A DNA stretch of 60,998 nt, the filler included. It is 3 parts of 3 records of this genome, joined end to end, with 100 filler letters (N's around TTAATTAATTAA, not from the genome) between each part and the next. Parts side by side here need not be neighbours in the genome. Positions count along the whole stretch, not along the records: positions 23,557 to 49,174 come from DRR723986_8172; positions 49,275 to 60,998 come from DRR723986_8227; 1 more part is not named here. The stretch is one strand, 5' to 3'. Numbering within the stretch: position 1 is the stretch's first letter; every line of letters starts with the position of its first letter. The position numbers were made by a program, and so were the translations under genes. Positions 38,963 through 49,430 of this stretch are shown piece after piece. The notes beneath the pieces are model-generated. The model searched no databases, had not been told where the DNA came from, and saw only the letters and a program-made list of their open reading frames with translations.

Positions 38963-39577
38963 ATGCTCAAGAAATTTATCATCTGTTTTTCACTTCTGTT
39001 GTCGTTGAACACAAAGGCGCAATCAGGCTTTCAATTGGGTCTAGAAGTTTCTCCCGTTTGGAATCTAAATGTACATTATAATAAAGTTTTGGGCTTTGGA
39101 CCAGCTGATGGAGGATATGGCTTCAATATTGGCGTGCCAGTAAAATGGTGGTTTAAAGAAAATATCAGTTTACAAACTGGTCTGACCTTTGAATACATGG
39201 CCTTTGATAATAGAGTGAATAATACATTGTTAAGCAGCCAGCGTCACGGTTCAATCAATTTGCCAATCATGTTTAATCTCGCTTTGAGTGATACTTGGTA
39301 CGGCGTATTTGGTACAGGCGTTAATTACAATGTGTTCAATCAAGCATGGTCTGGCTTTAGCGTGGATATATCTAGTCAGATCAATAGTTTTCAACCGTAC
39401 ATTGGCGCAGGCGTAAATACTTTGTTAGAACGAGATAAAGGTGTTTTTGAATTTGGAGTTCAAGGTCGTTTTCATTTTATACAGTTATTAAATGAGAACG
39501 CTCCACAGTCAAATGATTTTTCAAGTAATATTCTAAGTCTTGATCTATTATTGCGATTTTATTTATTCAATAGATAA
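38963..39577 (+). CDS. Outer-membrane beta-barrel protein
   Basis: Signal peptide, amphipathic strands, terminal LRFYLF. Confidence 0.75.
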   Translation: MLKKFIICFSLLLSLNTKAQSGFQLGLEVSPVWNLNVHYNKVLGFGPADGGYGFNIGVPVKWWFKENISLQTGLTFEYMAFDNRVNNTLLSSQRHGSINLPIMFNLALSDTWYGVFGTGVNYNVFNQAWSGFSVDISSQINSFQPYIGAGVNTLLERDKGVFEFGVQGRFHFIQLLNENAPQSNDFSSNILSLDLLLRFYLFNR

Positions 39578-39669
39578 AATGTTGTAACCATTTAAGACTT
39601 TTTAATTAATGTAATTAGGAATGGTATTTGTAAATATTGAATGCAAAGTACCAACAACAAACCAACCGT

Positions 39670-41751
39670 ATGAATAAAACTTTACTTCAATTCTCTTGTT
39701 TATTATTTTCTATTTTATTCTCAACACTTTCATTTTCTCAAGATGAAGAGGATGAGTCATGTGTTGAGCCTGATAAAAAAGCCATGAAATTGGTCAAAGA
39801 GGCTGAAAGCACAAAGAATTCAAAAATGGACAGGATTAAGGCTTATACGGATGCGCTTGCCATTGCGCCAGACAACGCCTATATCTACTTTTCTTTTGCC
39901 AACTTCAACTTTGGGCAGGCTGAAAATGTTCAAGCACAATTTGACGCAGGCAGAACCAACTTTAATAATTTACAAAAAGCTTACGAATCTGCAGCAACAG
40001 CATATAAAAAGGTAATACAATATTGCCCTGAATATCATTCAGATGCTTATTATAAATGCGGATATATTTATTATCTCTTGGGTGATAAAGGTCAAGCGGC
40101 TCAATATTTTAAACAATTCATAGAATTTAATGAACGTGACCCAAATAAATACGGCGAAAACTATTCTAAAAATAAAAAGGATGTAGAACAGATTTTACCT
40201 GAAATGGAATTCTTTGATAAATTCTTCAATAATCCCGTTCCTTATACCCCTGTGAAGGTAGAACATGTATCTTCTGAAAAAGAGGAATATTTACCAATGA
40301 TCTCCCCAGACAACGAGTTGATATTCTATACTAGAAAAGGAAAAGATACTGATAAAGGAATCGTTTCTAACGTGATTGAAGAATTTACTTTAAGTCAACG
40401 ACCACAGCCGAAAGGGGAATTCTCATCTGGAGATCCCTTAAGAGCTCCTTTTAATACTCCTGCTTATAAAAATTATGGTGGAGTTTCACTTTCATTGGAT
40501 AATAAGGAAATGTTTATTTGTGCTTGCGAAGAAGTGGATTATCAGCAACATGCGAATTGTGATTTGTACGTAACAACTTTTGAAAGAACAGGTGAAGGAG
40601 GGAATGATTTTAAATGGACTGAATTAAAAAATCTGGGACCTAAAGTCAATACAAAAGATGGTTGGGAAGCACAGCCAACATTATCAGCTGATGGTAATAC
40701 CTTATACTTTGCCACTTGGAGAGATGGTTCATTGTTAACGGATATTTATTATACAGAGCGGCAAAAAGATGGATCGTGGTCTGTTGCAAAACCGGTTCCT
40801 GGTCCGATTAACACGGCAGGGCATGATAAAGCTCCGTTCTTACATCAAGATTCTGAAACTATGTATTTTGTCTCTGATTGTTCACCTGAAAGAATGGGGG
40901 CCGGTGGTTCTGATATTTTCTACACGCGAAAAAATGATAAAGGAGAGTGGGAGATGCCTAAAAATATTGGGTATCCTATAAATTCCCAGGCAAATGAAGT
41001 AGGACTTGTAGTTTCAACTGACGGACATTTGGCATATTATACCTCGAGCAGAGAATTGGGAAGTTATGATATCTATTATTTCGAATTGTATGAAGAGGCA
41101 AGGCCGCAAAAAATTCTCTTTGTAAAAGGAGAAGTGAAGGATGATAACGGTGAGCCTGTTAAAGATGCGACTGTTGAAGTGTCCTACAAAAATTCAGGCG
41201 AAAGCGTAGAGATCAAAGTAAATGGTGATGATGGAAAATTTGCGGCTGTTGTAAAAGTTGATGAGGAAGAGCCAGAAGACGTGATGATTGCAATGAAAAA
41301 AGAGGGCTATTCGTTTGATACTAAACTAATCAAGGCCGAAGAAATAGAAGAAAAAGAGTTGACTTTTGAGACAGGTGTTGAAATGGAGATTCAAGAAATT
41401 GAAGTAGGGAAGGCCTTTACCATGGATAATATTCTTTATGACACCAGGTCTTATGCATTATCCGAAGATGGAAAATTTGTGCTAGATCAATTTGTGAAAT
41501 TTTTAAAGGAAAATCCAACGGTCAAAGTTTCGATTCAAGGACATACTGATGACAAAGGGGATGCTGGAGAAAATCAAATTCTAAGTGAGAATCGTGCAAA
41601 AGGCGTGGTTTCATACATTGCTGAAAAAGGAATTGATAAAAGCCGTTTAAAGTATCAAGGATTTGGGGAGTCAAAGCCAAAAGTGCCGAACAATTCAGAT
41701 GCGAATCGTGCGCTTAACAGAAGAACTGACATCATGATTGATGATATGTAA
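39670..41751 (+). CDS. OmpA-family protein with TPR and PD40 repeats (PorE-like architecture)
   Basis: TPR, PD40 (PMISPD, PTLSADG, NIGYPINS), OmpA domain GHTDD..LSENRA..NRRT. ATG at 39670. Confidence 0.9.
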   Translation: MNKTLLQFSCLLFSILFSTLSFSQDEEDESCVEPDKKAMKLVKEAESTKNSKMDRIKAYTDALAIAPDNAYIYFSFANFNFGQAENVQAQFDAGRTNFNNLQKAYESAATAYKKVIQYCPEYHSDAYYKCGYIYYLLGDKGQAAQYFKQFIEFNERDPNKYGENYSKNKKDVEQILPEMEFFDKFFNNPVPYTPVKVEHVSSEKEEYLPMISPDNELIFYTRKGKDTDKGIVSNVIEEFTLSQRPQPKGEFSSGDPLRAPFNTPAYKNYGGVSLSLDNKEMFICACEEVDYQQHANCDLYVTTFERTGEGGNDFKWTELKNLGPKVNTKDGWEAQPTLSADGNTLYFATWRDGSLLTDIYYTERQKDGSWSVAKPVPGPINTAGHDKAPFLHQDSETMYFVSDCSPERMGAGGSDIFYTRKNDKGEWEMPKNIGYPINSQANEVGLVVSTDGHLAYYTSSRELGSYDIYYFELYEEARPQKILFVKGEVKDDNGEPVKDATVEVSYKNSGESVEIKVNGDDGKFAAVVKVDEEEPEDVMIAMKKEGYSFDTKLIKAEEIEEKELTFETGVEMEIQEIEVGKAFTMDNILYDTRSYALSEDGKFVLDQFVKFLKENPTVKVSIQGHTDDKGDAGENQILSENRAKGVVSYIAEKGIDKSRLKYQGFGESKPKVPNNSDANRALNRRTDIMIDDM

Positions 41752-41753
41752 TT

Positions 41754-42593
41754 ATGTTTAAGGATAACTCAATTAAGTCCGTTCAAGATTATTTTCGGGA
41801 TAAGCTAGCTGATCATTTTCCATCAAGAGAAATAGACTTGTTTGCTTCTTTTTGTTTTGAAATCAAATTTCAATTATCAAAAACAGATTTAATTGTAAAT
41901 CAACAACGATTTAGTGAATCAGAATTATTATGGTTCAGGTCTGTAGTTAAAAGACTTAAGAATCAAGAGCCAATTCAATATATTCTTGGAGAATGTCATT
42001 TTTATGGATTAAATTTCTCTGTAGAACCCGGGGTTTTGATTCCAAGACCTGAGACTGAAGAATTAGTTGATATCATCATTAAATCTAAAATTAAAGGTGC
42101 TGTTTTAGATATCGGAACCGGTTCAGGAGTGATACCCATTTGTCTAGCAAAAAAAATGCCTCAACTAAAAGTTTATGCGATTGATATTTCAGAAAAAGCA
42201 TTGGCAATTGCAAAGCGAAATGCAAAACAGAATCAAGTTGACGTGAATTTTCACCCCTGTGATGTTCTCAATGAAAGGCTCCCAATAGATGGTTTGGATG
42301 TAATTATCAGTAATCCACCTTATGTCTTAGAGTCTGATAAAATTGAAATGGCCGATAATGTTCTGAATTTTGAACCTGCATTGGCTTTATTCGTAGATGA
42401 TAAGGATCCGCTTGTTTTTTACCAACGAATTATAAATCTATGCGAAAATCACTTGAAAAAAGGAGGGAAGTTATTTTTTGAAATCCACGAGAAATTTGGC
42501 AATGATATTTTAAAGCTGCTGTTCTCATTTGAACGTGCTGAACTAATTAAGGATCTTCAAGGGAAAGACCGATTCATTGTTGCCATAAAATAA
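41754..42593 (+). CDS. prmC: Release factor glutamine methyltransferase
   Basis: EPIQYILG, VLIPRPETEELV, LDIGTGSG, SNPPY, DLQGKDR. Confidence 0.96.
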   Translation: MFKDNSIKSVQDYFRDKLADHFPSREIDLFASFCFEIKFQLSKTDLIVNQQRFSESELLWFRSVVKRLKNQEPIQYILGECHFYGLNFSVEPGVLIPRPETEELVDIIIKSKIKGAVLDIGTGSGVIPICLAKKMPQLKVYAIDISEKALAIAKRNAKQNQVDVNFHPCDVLNERLPIDGLDVIISNPPYVLESDKIEMADNVLNFEPALALFVDDKDPLVFYQRIINLCENHLKKGGKLFFEIHEKFGNDILKLLFSFERAELIKDLQGKDRFIVAIK

Positions 42594-42626
42594 AAAATCT
42601 CAACCCTATAAAGAATTGAGATTTTT
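42592..42626. terminator. Bidirectional intrinsic terminator
   Basis: AAAAATCTCAA..TTGAGATTTTT between convergent genes. Confidence 0.7.
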
Positions 42627-42646
42627 AAGTTTTAATCGATTTTATT

Positions 42647-45040
42647 TTATTTCTTGACCACTTTGTGATTGATTACTTCAGTTCCAGCGATAATAGATAC
42701 CATGTAAACACCATCTGCAAAATCACTGAAATCAAATTCAAAATTTGAATTGTCAATTAAAGTAGTTATCATGATTTTTCCATTCATATCTCTAATCACG
42801 ATTTCTTCGAAATCTTCACTATTTTCAATGTAAACATTCAAAAGATCAGTGGCCGGGTTCGGGTAAACAGATGTAATACCTGTTTCTGTTTCTTTGATTG
42901 AAGCCGTTGAACCACCAGGATTGAATGCTGAATAAGATTTGTTTGATCTTGATGAATTGTAATCAGTCGCTTTAGTAGATGTACAAGTGTTGGTCAGATT
43001 AAATGTTACAAGATAGTCTAAGCCAGAGGTCACTGGAGGTGTATCTTGGAATGTAGTTGTTGACGCACTTAAACCAGGAGCTACGGTCACCCATCCATTT
43101 TGATCGTCAAAACGGTGCAAGTCAACTGAAGAGTAGCTAATTCCTTCATATTTATCCCAAGCTACATCAGCATTTCCTCCGTTCAATTGCGTGACACAAT
43201 GAATTGTTTTGTGAGGAAAGCTTGGGAAACTTTCTACTCCACATGCATCATAAGTAGTAATATAATATCTCCATGATCTTGATACCGGAGAAGCTGCGTT
43301 ATCTTGAAAAGAAGACTCTAAAGCATATGGTCGTTGAGCAACGAGTTCGTATTCACCGTGAGTGGTAGTTTCACGATAAACATTAAAACCAGAAATGTTT
43401 TGGGTAACATCTTTTTCCCAAACAAGTGTATTATAAATTAAGCTAGTGTCAACTGTCAGTAAGCAAATAGTTGGTTGATATGGTCGTTGTGCGGGGATAG
43501 TAAATTGTGCTTTTGTTACACATCCGGCGTCATCAGTAACAGTAACATCATAATCACCTGCACTTGCTCCAGTCATATCCTCTGTAGTAGCACCAGTATT
43601 CCAAACCGTTGAAATAATGTTTCCACCCTGAGGGAACACAGAAATATCAATTATTCCGTCATTAGCAGTACAATGCGCTCTAGAGATTTTTTCTAAGAAT
43701 AATCCAGGACCATTGATATCAGGAACATTCGCTGTCCAAGAAAACTGACATCCATTCATATCTGTTACTGTACATGTATAGAATCCAGCTGACAATGGAT
43801 TGATATCTTCTGATGTTTGTCCACTGCTCCAGTTCCATAAATAAGGTGTCGCTCCGAACGGTGTTCCACCAGAAGTAGATATATCAATTAAACTATTTCC
43901 TGGAAGTCCGCCGCATTCTGCAGGTAGAATACTCTGTACATCTACATCAATAACTGGAGGGCTAATTAAAGTGTATTCATCATAAGCATGACAGTTCATA
44001 TCCGTGTGCACTTCAACTAAATATTCTCCTCCATTTAAAGAGTTAATGTCCTCAGTTGTTGCCCCTGTACTCCAAAAGATTTCTGTTACGTTCCCACTAG
44101 CAGATATACTCAAGTCAATTTCTCCGTCATAACTATCATGACAAAGTGGATGAGTAATCGTTTCTGAAAGTACCACATCAGTATCGCTAATATGAGCGGC
44201 AATAACCGCTTTACATCCGTAAACGTTTTCAACATTGGCATAATATGTTCCAGAAGATAAATTAGTGACTGTTTCAGATGAACCGGCTCCACTAACTTGA
44301 TCACCAGTTGACCAATACAAATCATATGGCCCAGTACCACCAGTAATAAAAACTTCAGCTTGACCATCTGCGTTTCCACAAGTTGAATTTGTCTCAATCA
44401 TAGATAATATTGCGGGAGGAGTTAAGGTAGGATTATCAGATCCGTCAGCTGTACAACCTGCTGGACTAGTATATTGATAATAAACTGGTCCTGGGTCGGC
44501 TGCCCATAAAACAGGGTCAAACATATGCCCCTCGTGTGCCTCATCACCCCAGGTGTATTCTCCACCTTTTAAGTTTGCAAAATCATTTAAATCAATTGGC
44601 TGATCGTTGGTGCAAATCACTCCTGTTGACATATCGAATACCAATCCTAAATCTCCATACAAAGCAGTGTTTGTAATGGTTTCAGAAACCAGATTGTCCA
44701 TAGCATTGTGCGAATCAATCGTAATATCAATGTTTGATAAGTTGAGACCAGAAGGAATAGTGGATTGAGCTCCAGCAGTTATCGTGAAAGTACGAAGAGT
44801 TTGCCCTGTTGAATAAGGCGGGTTATCTGGAGTCATTGTGAAGTATAAACTTCCATCATAATTATCAATAGTAATCGTAGTGCTGTCGCCATCAGCATCT
44901 TGTACTTGAATATTGATAATGTGCTGGTCGTAGCCAAATTGACAAAGCGTGTCAATTTCATAACTTAACAGGACCGGGTCATTTTGACTGAATGCAGTAA
45001 GTGATGCAAACGTTATAGCAAGAATTAAGAGTTTTTTCAT
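42647..45040 (-). CDS. T9SS type A cargo protein with SprB-like repeats
   Basis: Repeats of WSTG.TTEDI..L..G.Y.V.VTD..GC; CTD VYPNPATD. Confidence 0.88.
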   Translation of the reverse strand: MKKLLILAITFASLTAFSQNDPVLLSYEIDTLCQFGYDQHIINIQVQDADGDSTTITIDNYDGSLYFTMTPDNPPYSTGQTLRTFTITAGAQSTIPSGLNLSNIDITIDSHNAMDNLVSETITNTALYGDLGLVFDMSTGVICTNDQPIDLNDFANLKGGEYTWGDEAHEGHMFDPVLWAADPGPVYYQYTSPAGCTADGSDNPTLTPPAILSMIETNSTCGNADGQAEVFITGGTGPYDLYWSTGDQVSGAGSSETVTNLSSGTYYANVENVYGCKAVIAAHISDTDVVLSETITHPLCHDSYDGEIDLSISASGNVTEIFWSTGATTEDINSLNGGEYLVEVHTDMNCHAYDEYTLISPPVIDVDVQSILPAECGGLPGNSLIDISTSGGTPFGATPYLWNWSSGQTSEDINPLSAGFYTCTVTDMNGCQFSWTANVPDINGPGLFLEKISRAHCTANDGIIDISVFPQGGNIISTVWNTGATTEDMTGASAGDYDVTVTDDAGCVTKAQFTIPAQRPYQPTICLLTVDTSLIYNTLVWEKDVTQNISGFNVYRETTTHGEYELVAQRPYALESSFQDNAASPVSRSWRYYITTYDACGVESFPSFPHKTIHCVTQLNGGNADVAWDKYEGISYSSVDLHRFDDQNGWVTVAPGLSASTTTFQDTPPVTSGLDYLVTFNLTNTCTSTKATDYNSSRSNKSYSAFNPGGSTASIKETETGITSVYPNPATDLLNVYIENSEDFEEIVIRDMNGKIMITTLIDNSNFEFDFSDFADGVYMVSIIAGTEVINHKVVKK

Positions 45041-45054
45041 TAGTAAGTATTTAG

Positions 45055-47460
45055 TTAATTTTTGATAACTTTTTGGTTATAAGATTCTTTGTCAGATAGT
45101 AAATGAACTATGTAAACTCCATTTGAAAAATGTGATACATCTATCTGGTTAAATGAATTGGAAACTACATTTGAATATAAAATTCTACCATCAATATCAG
45201 TAAGGACAATCGTTTCATATTTTTCTGGATTTTCAATATTAACCGTTAATAGCTCATCTACTGGATTCGGATAAATAGAGATAACTCCTGATTCGGTTTC
45301 TTGAATTGAAACAGTTGATCCACCAGGATTGAACGCTGAATAAGATTTATTTGATCGTGATGAATTATAATCAGTGGCCTTCGTAGAAGTACATGGTGAG
45401 GATAAATTAAAGGATACAAAATAATCTAGACCAGCTAATTCAGTAGGTGTTGTGAAAGCACTATTGGTTCCGGCTGGATAATTCCCCACAGGCTGCCATC
45501 CATTTACATTATCATGAGAAAATAAATCTACTGAGCTATAAGTAATTCCTTCATAGTCGTCCCAAGTAACTGTGTAGTCCGTTCCATTAGATGTATTTGC
45601 TACAGTATGAATGGTCTTGTGAACTAAACTCGGAGTACTTTCATTTCCACATGCATCATAAGCAGAAATTCTATATCTCCATGATTTATCATTAGGAGAT
45701 GCTGCGTTATCTTGCATAGTCGACTCTAAGTTATAAGGACGAGTAGAGATTAATTCAAATACACCTTGTGTCATAGTTTCTCTGTAAACCTTATAACCTG
45801 AAATTGTTTGTGTAACGTCTTTTTCCCAAACAACTTGGTTGTAAATTAAAGAAGTGTCAACAGTTAGTAAACACATTTCTGGTGTTTCTGGAAGTATATA
45901 AGGAACATTCGCAATTAACGTTCGGGTGCAACCATTAGTGCCAGTTAATACAACGGAATAGTCTCCTGCAGCTAGGCCACTGATGTTTTGCGTAGTTGCC
46001 GAATTGTCCCATAGAATAGATTGAACAGGTGTTCCGCCATTCCATACTCCTAATTCTATTGCGCCTTCTGTTCCCCCACAAGACGCGCTTGTGATGTTAT
46101 TCACCCAAGCATCTGGTGCACCAAAATCAGGAATTACTCCTTGGTAAGTGGCTTGACAATTGTTTGCATCTGTTATTGTACAGGAGTAAACGTCTGCAGG
46201 AACATCATTTAAATCTTCAGTTGTTGCACTGTTACTCCATAAAAAAGTACATGGTAAAACTCCAGATACGACATCAATATCTATATCGCTATTAATTAGA
46301 GGATTTGGTTGAAGGCAATCTGCGTATCCCAAATTTACTTCGTTCACAATTAGCGGATTTTGCACAGCTAAATGGTAAATAAAAGAACCCGAGCATCCAT
46401 TATCCGTTTGAATTAATACTGAATATTCTCCTGCTCCAAGTCCTGTAATATTTGTTCCACTCATAGAGTTCGACCAAAAAACGAGATCAGGATTACCAGA
46501 AGTTGAAATATTTAAAGAAATACTTCCGTCTGTATCGCCCAAACACGTTGGATGAGTTAATGTTTCAGTGACGATTAGGTCTCCATCAGTAATAGAAGCA
46601 AGTTGTTGTGCGGTACATCCGTTAGCATCTGTCACATTCACTGTATAGTTTCCTGCTGCCAGTCCTGTAGCAACTGAGGGTACTCCAGCTCCAACTACTT
46701 CAGAAAATCCATTTGTCCAAACCACATTATTTGGTGGCGCATTGGTCATAATTGTTGCAGATGCTGATCCATCCGAATTACCACATGTTGAAGAGGTTGG
46801 TGTTACAGAAACAGTAGGTGCACCGTAAATTGTGACGACATCACCACCAAATCCTGGACAACCAGAAGCATTGTAATAATCGTAATAAATACCATCCCCT
46901 TGATCCAAGTAAATCGAATTTAAATCCGCGATATCTTGAGTGGTATGGTTAGAGCTAAAGCCCCAAGTAAATGTACCGCCACTTGGAGTAACCATAGTTG
47001 ATAGATCCACCGGGTTGTCTGTATTACACATTCCGTTTAATGGGCTAAGGTCTATAGAAATTGTAATGTCTCCATAAACAGGAATGTCGTTAATGTCAAA
47101 ATCAGGATTATCAGGGCCACTGACAATTTCAAAATTGACACTCGCCAAGTTTAAATCGTTTGGTAATCCGAAACCAGTTGAACCATAAACTTCAAATGTT
47201 CTCAGTGTGGCTCCTGGTGAGTAAGGAGGGTCAATAACAGTAAAAGGTGCTTGTCCATCCATTATCGCATCATTTGGTGTAATGACATCAATATATGAAC
47301 TATCTCCGTCCACATCTTCGATTGTAATGGTGATGAATCTTACGCTGTCATCATATTGACAAAGTGTATCAACAGTATAAGAATAAATAGTAGGAGGGCT
47401 TTGACTAAAGCTTGTAAAAGCCGAAATAATAATAGCCAATGAAAAAAGTTTCTTCAACAT
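45055..47460 (-). CDS. T9SS type A cargo protein with SprB-like repeats (tandem paralog)
   Basis: Same architecture as 42647-45040; CTD IYPNPVDE; ATG at 47460. Confidence 0.88.
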   Translation of the reverse strand: MLKKLFSLAIIISAFTSFSQSPPTIYSYTVDTLCQYDDSVRFITITIEDVDGDSSYIDVITPNDAIMDGQAPFTVIDPPYSPGATLRTFEVYGSTGFGLPNDLNLASVNFEIVSGPDNPDFDINDIPVYGDITISIDLSPLNGMCNTDNPVDLSTMVTPSGGTFTWGFSSNHTTQDIADLNSIYLDQGDGIYYDYYNASGCPGFGGDVVTIYGAPTVSVTPTSSTCGNSDGSASATIMTNAPPNNVVWTNGFSEVVGAGVPSVATGLAAGNYTVNVTDANGCTAQQLASITDGDLIVTETLTHPTCLGDTDGSISLNISTSGNPDLVFWSNSMSGTNITGLGAGEYSVLIQTDNGCSGSFIYHLAVQNPLIVNEVNLGYADCLQPNPLINSDIDIDVVSGVLPCTFLWSNSATTEDLNDVPADVYSCTITDANNCQATYQGVIPDFGAPDAWVNNITSASCGGTEGAIELGVWNGGTPVQSILWDNSATTQNISGLAAGDYSVVLTGTNGCTRTLIANVPYILPETPEMCLLTVDTSLIYNQVVWEKDVTQTISGYKVYRETMTQGVFELISTRPYNLESTMQDNAASPNDKSWRYRISAYDACGNESTPSLVHKTIHTVANTSNGTDYTVTWDDYEGITYSSVDLFSHDNVNGWQPVGNYPAGTNSAFTTPTELAGLDYFVSFNLSSPCTSTKATDYNSSRSNKSYSAFNPGGSTVSIQETESGVISIYPNPVDELLTVNIENPEKYETIVLTDIDGRILYSNVVSNSFNQIDVSHFSNGVYIVHLLSDKESYNQKVIKN

Positions 47461-47534
47461 GGATTTTGATTTTATTTGGTACAAAATTAACGTATTATTA
47501 TCTGATTAGGTTGGGTTTAGGAAAAAAAATGGAT

Positions 47535-47568
47535 AAAAAAAACCTGCCAACTTTGCGTTGGCAGGTTT
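47535..47568 (-). terminator. Intrinsic terminator after thiolase
   Basis: CCTGCCAAC/GTTGGCAGG with A8 on the + strand. Confidence 0.85.
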
Positions 47569-47588
47569 AAATTTAGAATAGAGTGATA

Positions 47589-48764
47589 TTATAAATTTTC
47601 TATCACCATGGCAGAAGCTCCACCGCCTCCGTTACAAATTCCAGCCGCACCAAGTTTACCACCATTTTGTTTTAAGACATTAATCAATGTTACAATAATT
47701 CTTGATCCAGAATTTCCAAGAGGGTGTCCTAAAGAAACCGCTCCACCATTAACATCAACTTTCGAAGGGTCCAGTCCTAATTCTTTGGTGTTCGCAAGTC
47801 CAACAACTGAAAAGGCTTGATTTAACTCCCAGTAGTCTATGTCTGAGATAGATTTACCTGCTTTAGCTAATGCTACAGGCACTGCTTTCGCAGGTGCAGT
47901 TGTAAACCATTCAGGTGCTTGTGCAGCATCACCGTAACCAATGATTTTGGCAATTGGCTTTAATCCATGCTTTTCAACTGCTTCTGCTGAAGCGAGTATT
48001 AATGCAGATGCCCCGTCATTTAAGGTCGAAGCATTGGCCGCAGTTACAGTTCCTTCTTTATCAAATACTGGACGCAACTGTGGAATTTTTTCCATTTTTA
48101 CGTTTTTGTATTCTTCATCTTCAGAGACAACAATTGGATCTCCTTTTCTTTGTGGAACTTCAACTGGAACGATTTCATCATTGAATTTTCCAGCAGCCCA
48201 TGCAGCTGCAGCTCTGTTGTATGATTCAATTGCAAAAGCATCTTGCTCTTCTCGAGAGAATCCTTTTTCTGAAGCGCACTTTTCAGCGCAAACTCCCATG
48301 TGTACTCTGTTGTAAACATCTGTTAAACCATCTAAGACCATTCCGTCTTTCATTTTAACATCACCTAATTTCGTTGCATTTCTTGCGTTATAATAATGCG
48401 GCACCGCTGACATGTTTTCCATCCCCCCAGCTACGACAATATCATTGTCACCAGCAAGAATAGTTTGAGCACCTAAAGCAATTGATTTCATTCCTGAGGC
48501 ACAAACTTTATTGATTGTTGTACAAGGAACTGTGTTTGAAATTCCAGCAAACATTGCGGCTTGTCTAGCAGGAGCTTGACCCAATCCAGCCTGTAATACA
48601 TTTCCCATAAAAACTTCATTCACTAAATCAGCGGTTAAACCTGATTTTGACAATGCCCCTTGAATAGCTGCAGCACCTAATTGTGTGGCTGAAACCGTTG
48701 ATAAACAGCCACCAAAACTTCCAATTGGAGTTCGAACTGCAGATATGATATATACGTCTTTCAT
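47589..48764 (-). CDS. Acetyl-CoA C-acetyltransferase (thiolase)
   Basis: RTPIGSFGG, INKVCASGM, NASTLNDGA, GHPLGNSG, ICNGGGGA. Confidence 0.96.
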   Translation of the reverse strand: MKDVYIISAVRTPIGSFGGCLSTVSATQLGAAAIQGALSKSGLTADLVNEVFMGNVLQAGLGQAPARQAAMFAGISNTVPCTTINKVCASGMKSIALGAQTILAGDNDIVVAGGMENMSAVPHYYNARNATKLGDVKMKDGMVLDGLTDVYNRVHMGVCAEKCASEKGFSREEQDAFAIESYNRAAAAWAAGKFNDEIVPVEVPQRKGDPIVVSEDEEYKNVKMEKIPQLRPVFDKEGTVTAANASTLNDGASALILASAEAVEKHGLKPIAKIIGYGDAAQAPEWFTTAPAKAVPVALAKAGKSISDIDYWELNQAFSVVGLANTKELGLDPSKVDVNGGAVSLGHPLGNSGSRIIVTLINVLKQNGGKLGAAGICNGGGGASAMVIENL

Positions 48765-48917
48765 TATTTGATTTTTATTCTAAAATTGAGACGTAAAATT
48801 AATCAAAAAATTACGATTAAATTTTGTGGTCTGTAATTTTGACCTGAGCACTTGATTGATAAAGACTTGTGCTCAATTTCGACTTCTAGAAAATAAATTT
48901 GAAATTTTCCGTTGAAA

Positions 48918-48949
48918 TTTGTTTGTAAGTGAAGGAAACCCTATCTTTG
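48918..48949 (+). promoter_or_regulatory. Bacteroidota housekeeping promoter (-33 TTTG / -7 TAnnTTTG)
   Basis: TTTG at 48918-48921, 20-nt spacer, TATCTTTG at 48942-48949. Confidence 0.75.
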
Positions 48950-49047
48950 CCGTCCCATTCCGAATGGAAGGGTCGGTTTTTCCAGGATCGAAAATATTAA
49001 ACACTCTCGTAAACACTGGAATGCGAGATACAAAGTTAAGCCGAATC

Positions 49048-49174
49048 ATGGCAGACGAAAAAAAAGAGGCAGCTGCTGAAAAAGCTGCAAAAAAGGCACC
49101 AGCTAAGAAACCTGCTGCTAAAAAAACAGCTGAAAAAGCTGAAACTAAAACAACTGCAAAGAAACCTGCAGCTA
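49048..49174 (+). CDS. Truncated gene with a Lys/Ala-rich N-terminus, possibly ribosomal protein S1
   Basis: MADEKKEAAAEKAAKKAPAKK..., cut by the linker. Consensus promoter, structured leader and GCT/GCA/AAA codon bias. Identity is inference only. Confidence 0.5.
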
Positions 49175-49274
49175 NNNNNNNNNNNNNNNNNNNNNNNNNN
49201 NNNNNNNNNNNNNNNNNNTTAATTAATTAANNNNNNNNNNNNNNNNNNNNNNNNNNNNNNNNNNNNNNNNNNNN
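49175..49274. other. Artificial contig linker
   Basis: 44 N + TTAATTAATTAA + 44 N. Confidence 0.99.
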
Positions 49275-49430
49275 GGTTTCGGTGCCCGGGATGTAGTAGA
49301 AGCGCGCGCCGTATGCGTCACAAACGCGAACATAGTCGACCGGCTCCGGAGCGACCGGAAGGTCAGCCGCCTGGGCGGTGGTTGCAGCAGCAGCTGCGGC
49401 CGCGCCGAGCATCAAACTCTTGAGTTTCAT
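49275..49430 (-). CDS. Alphaproteobacterial porin (Omp2/RopA family), N-terminal fragment
   Basis: Signal peptide then [29 protein letters not shown]. Confidence 0.92.
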
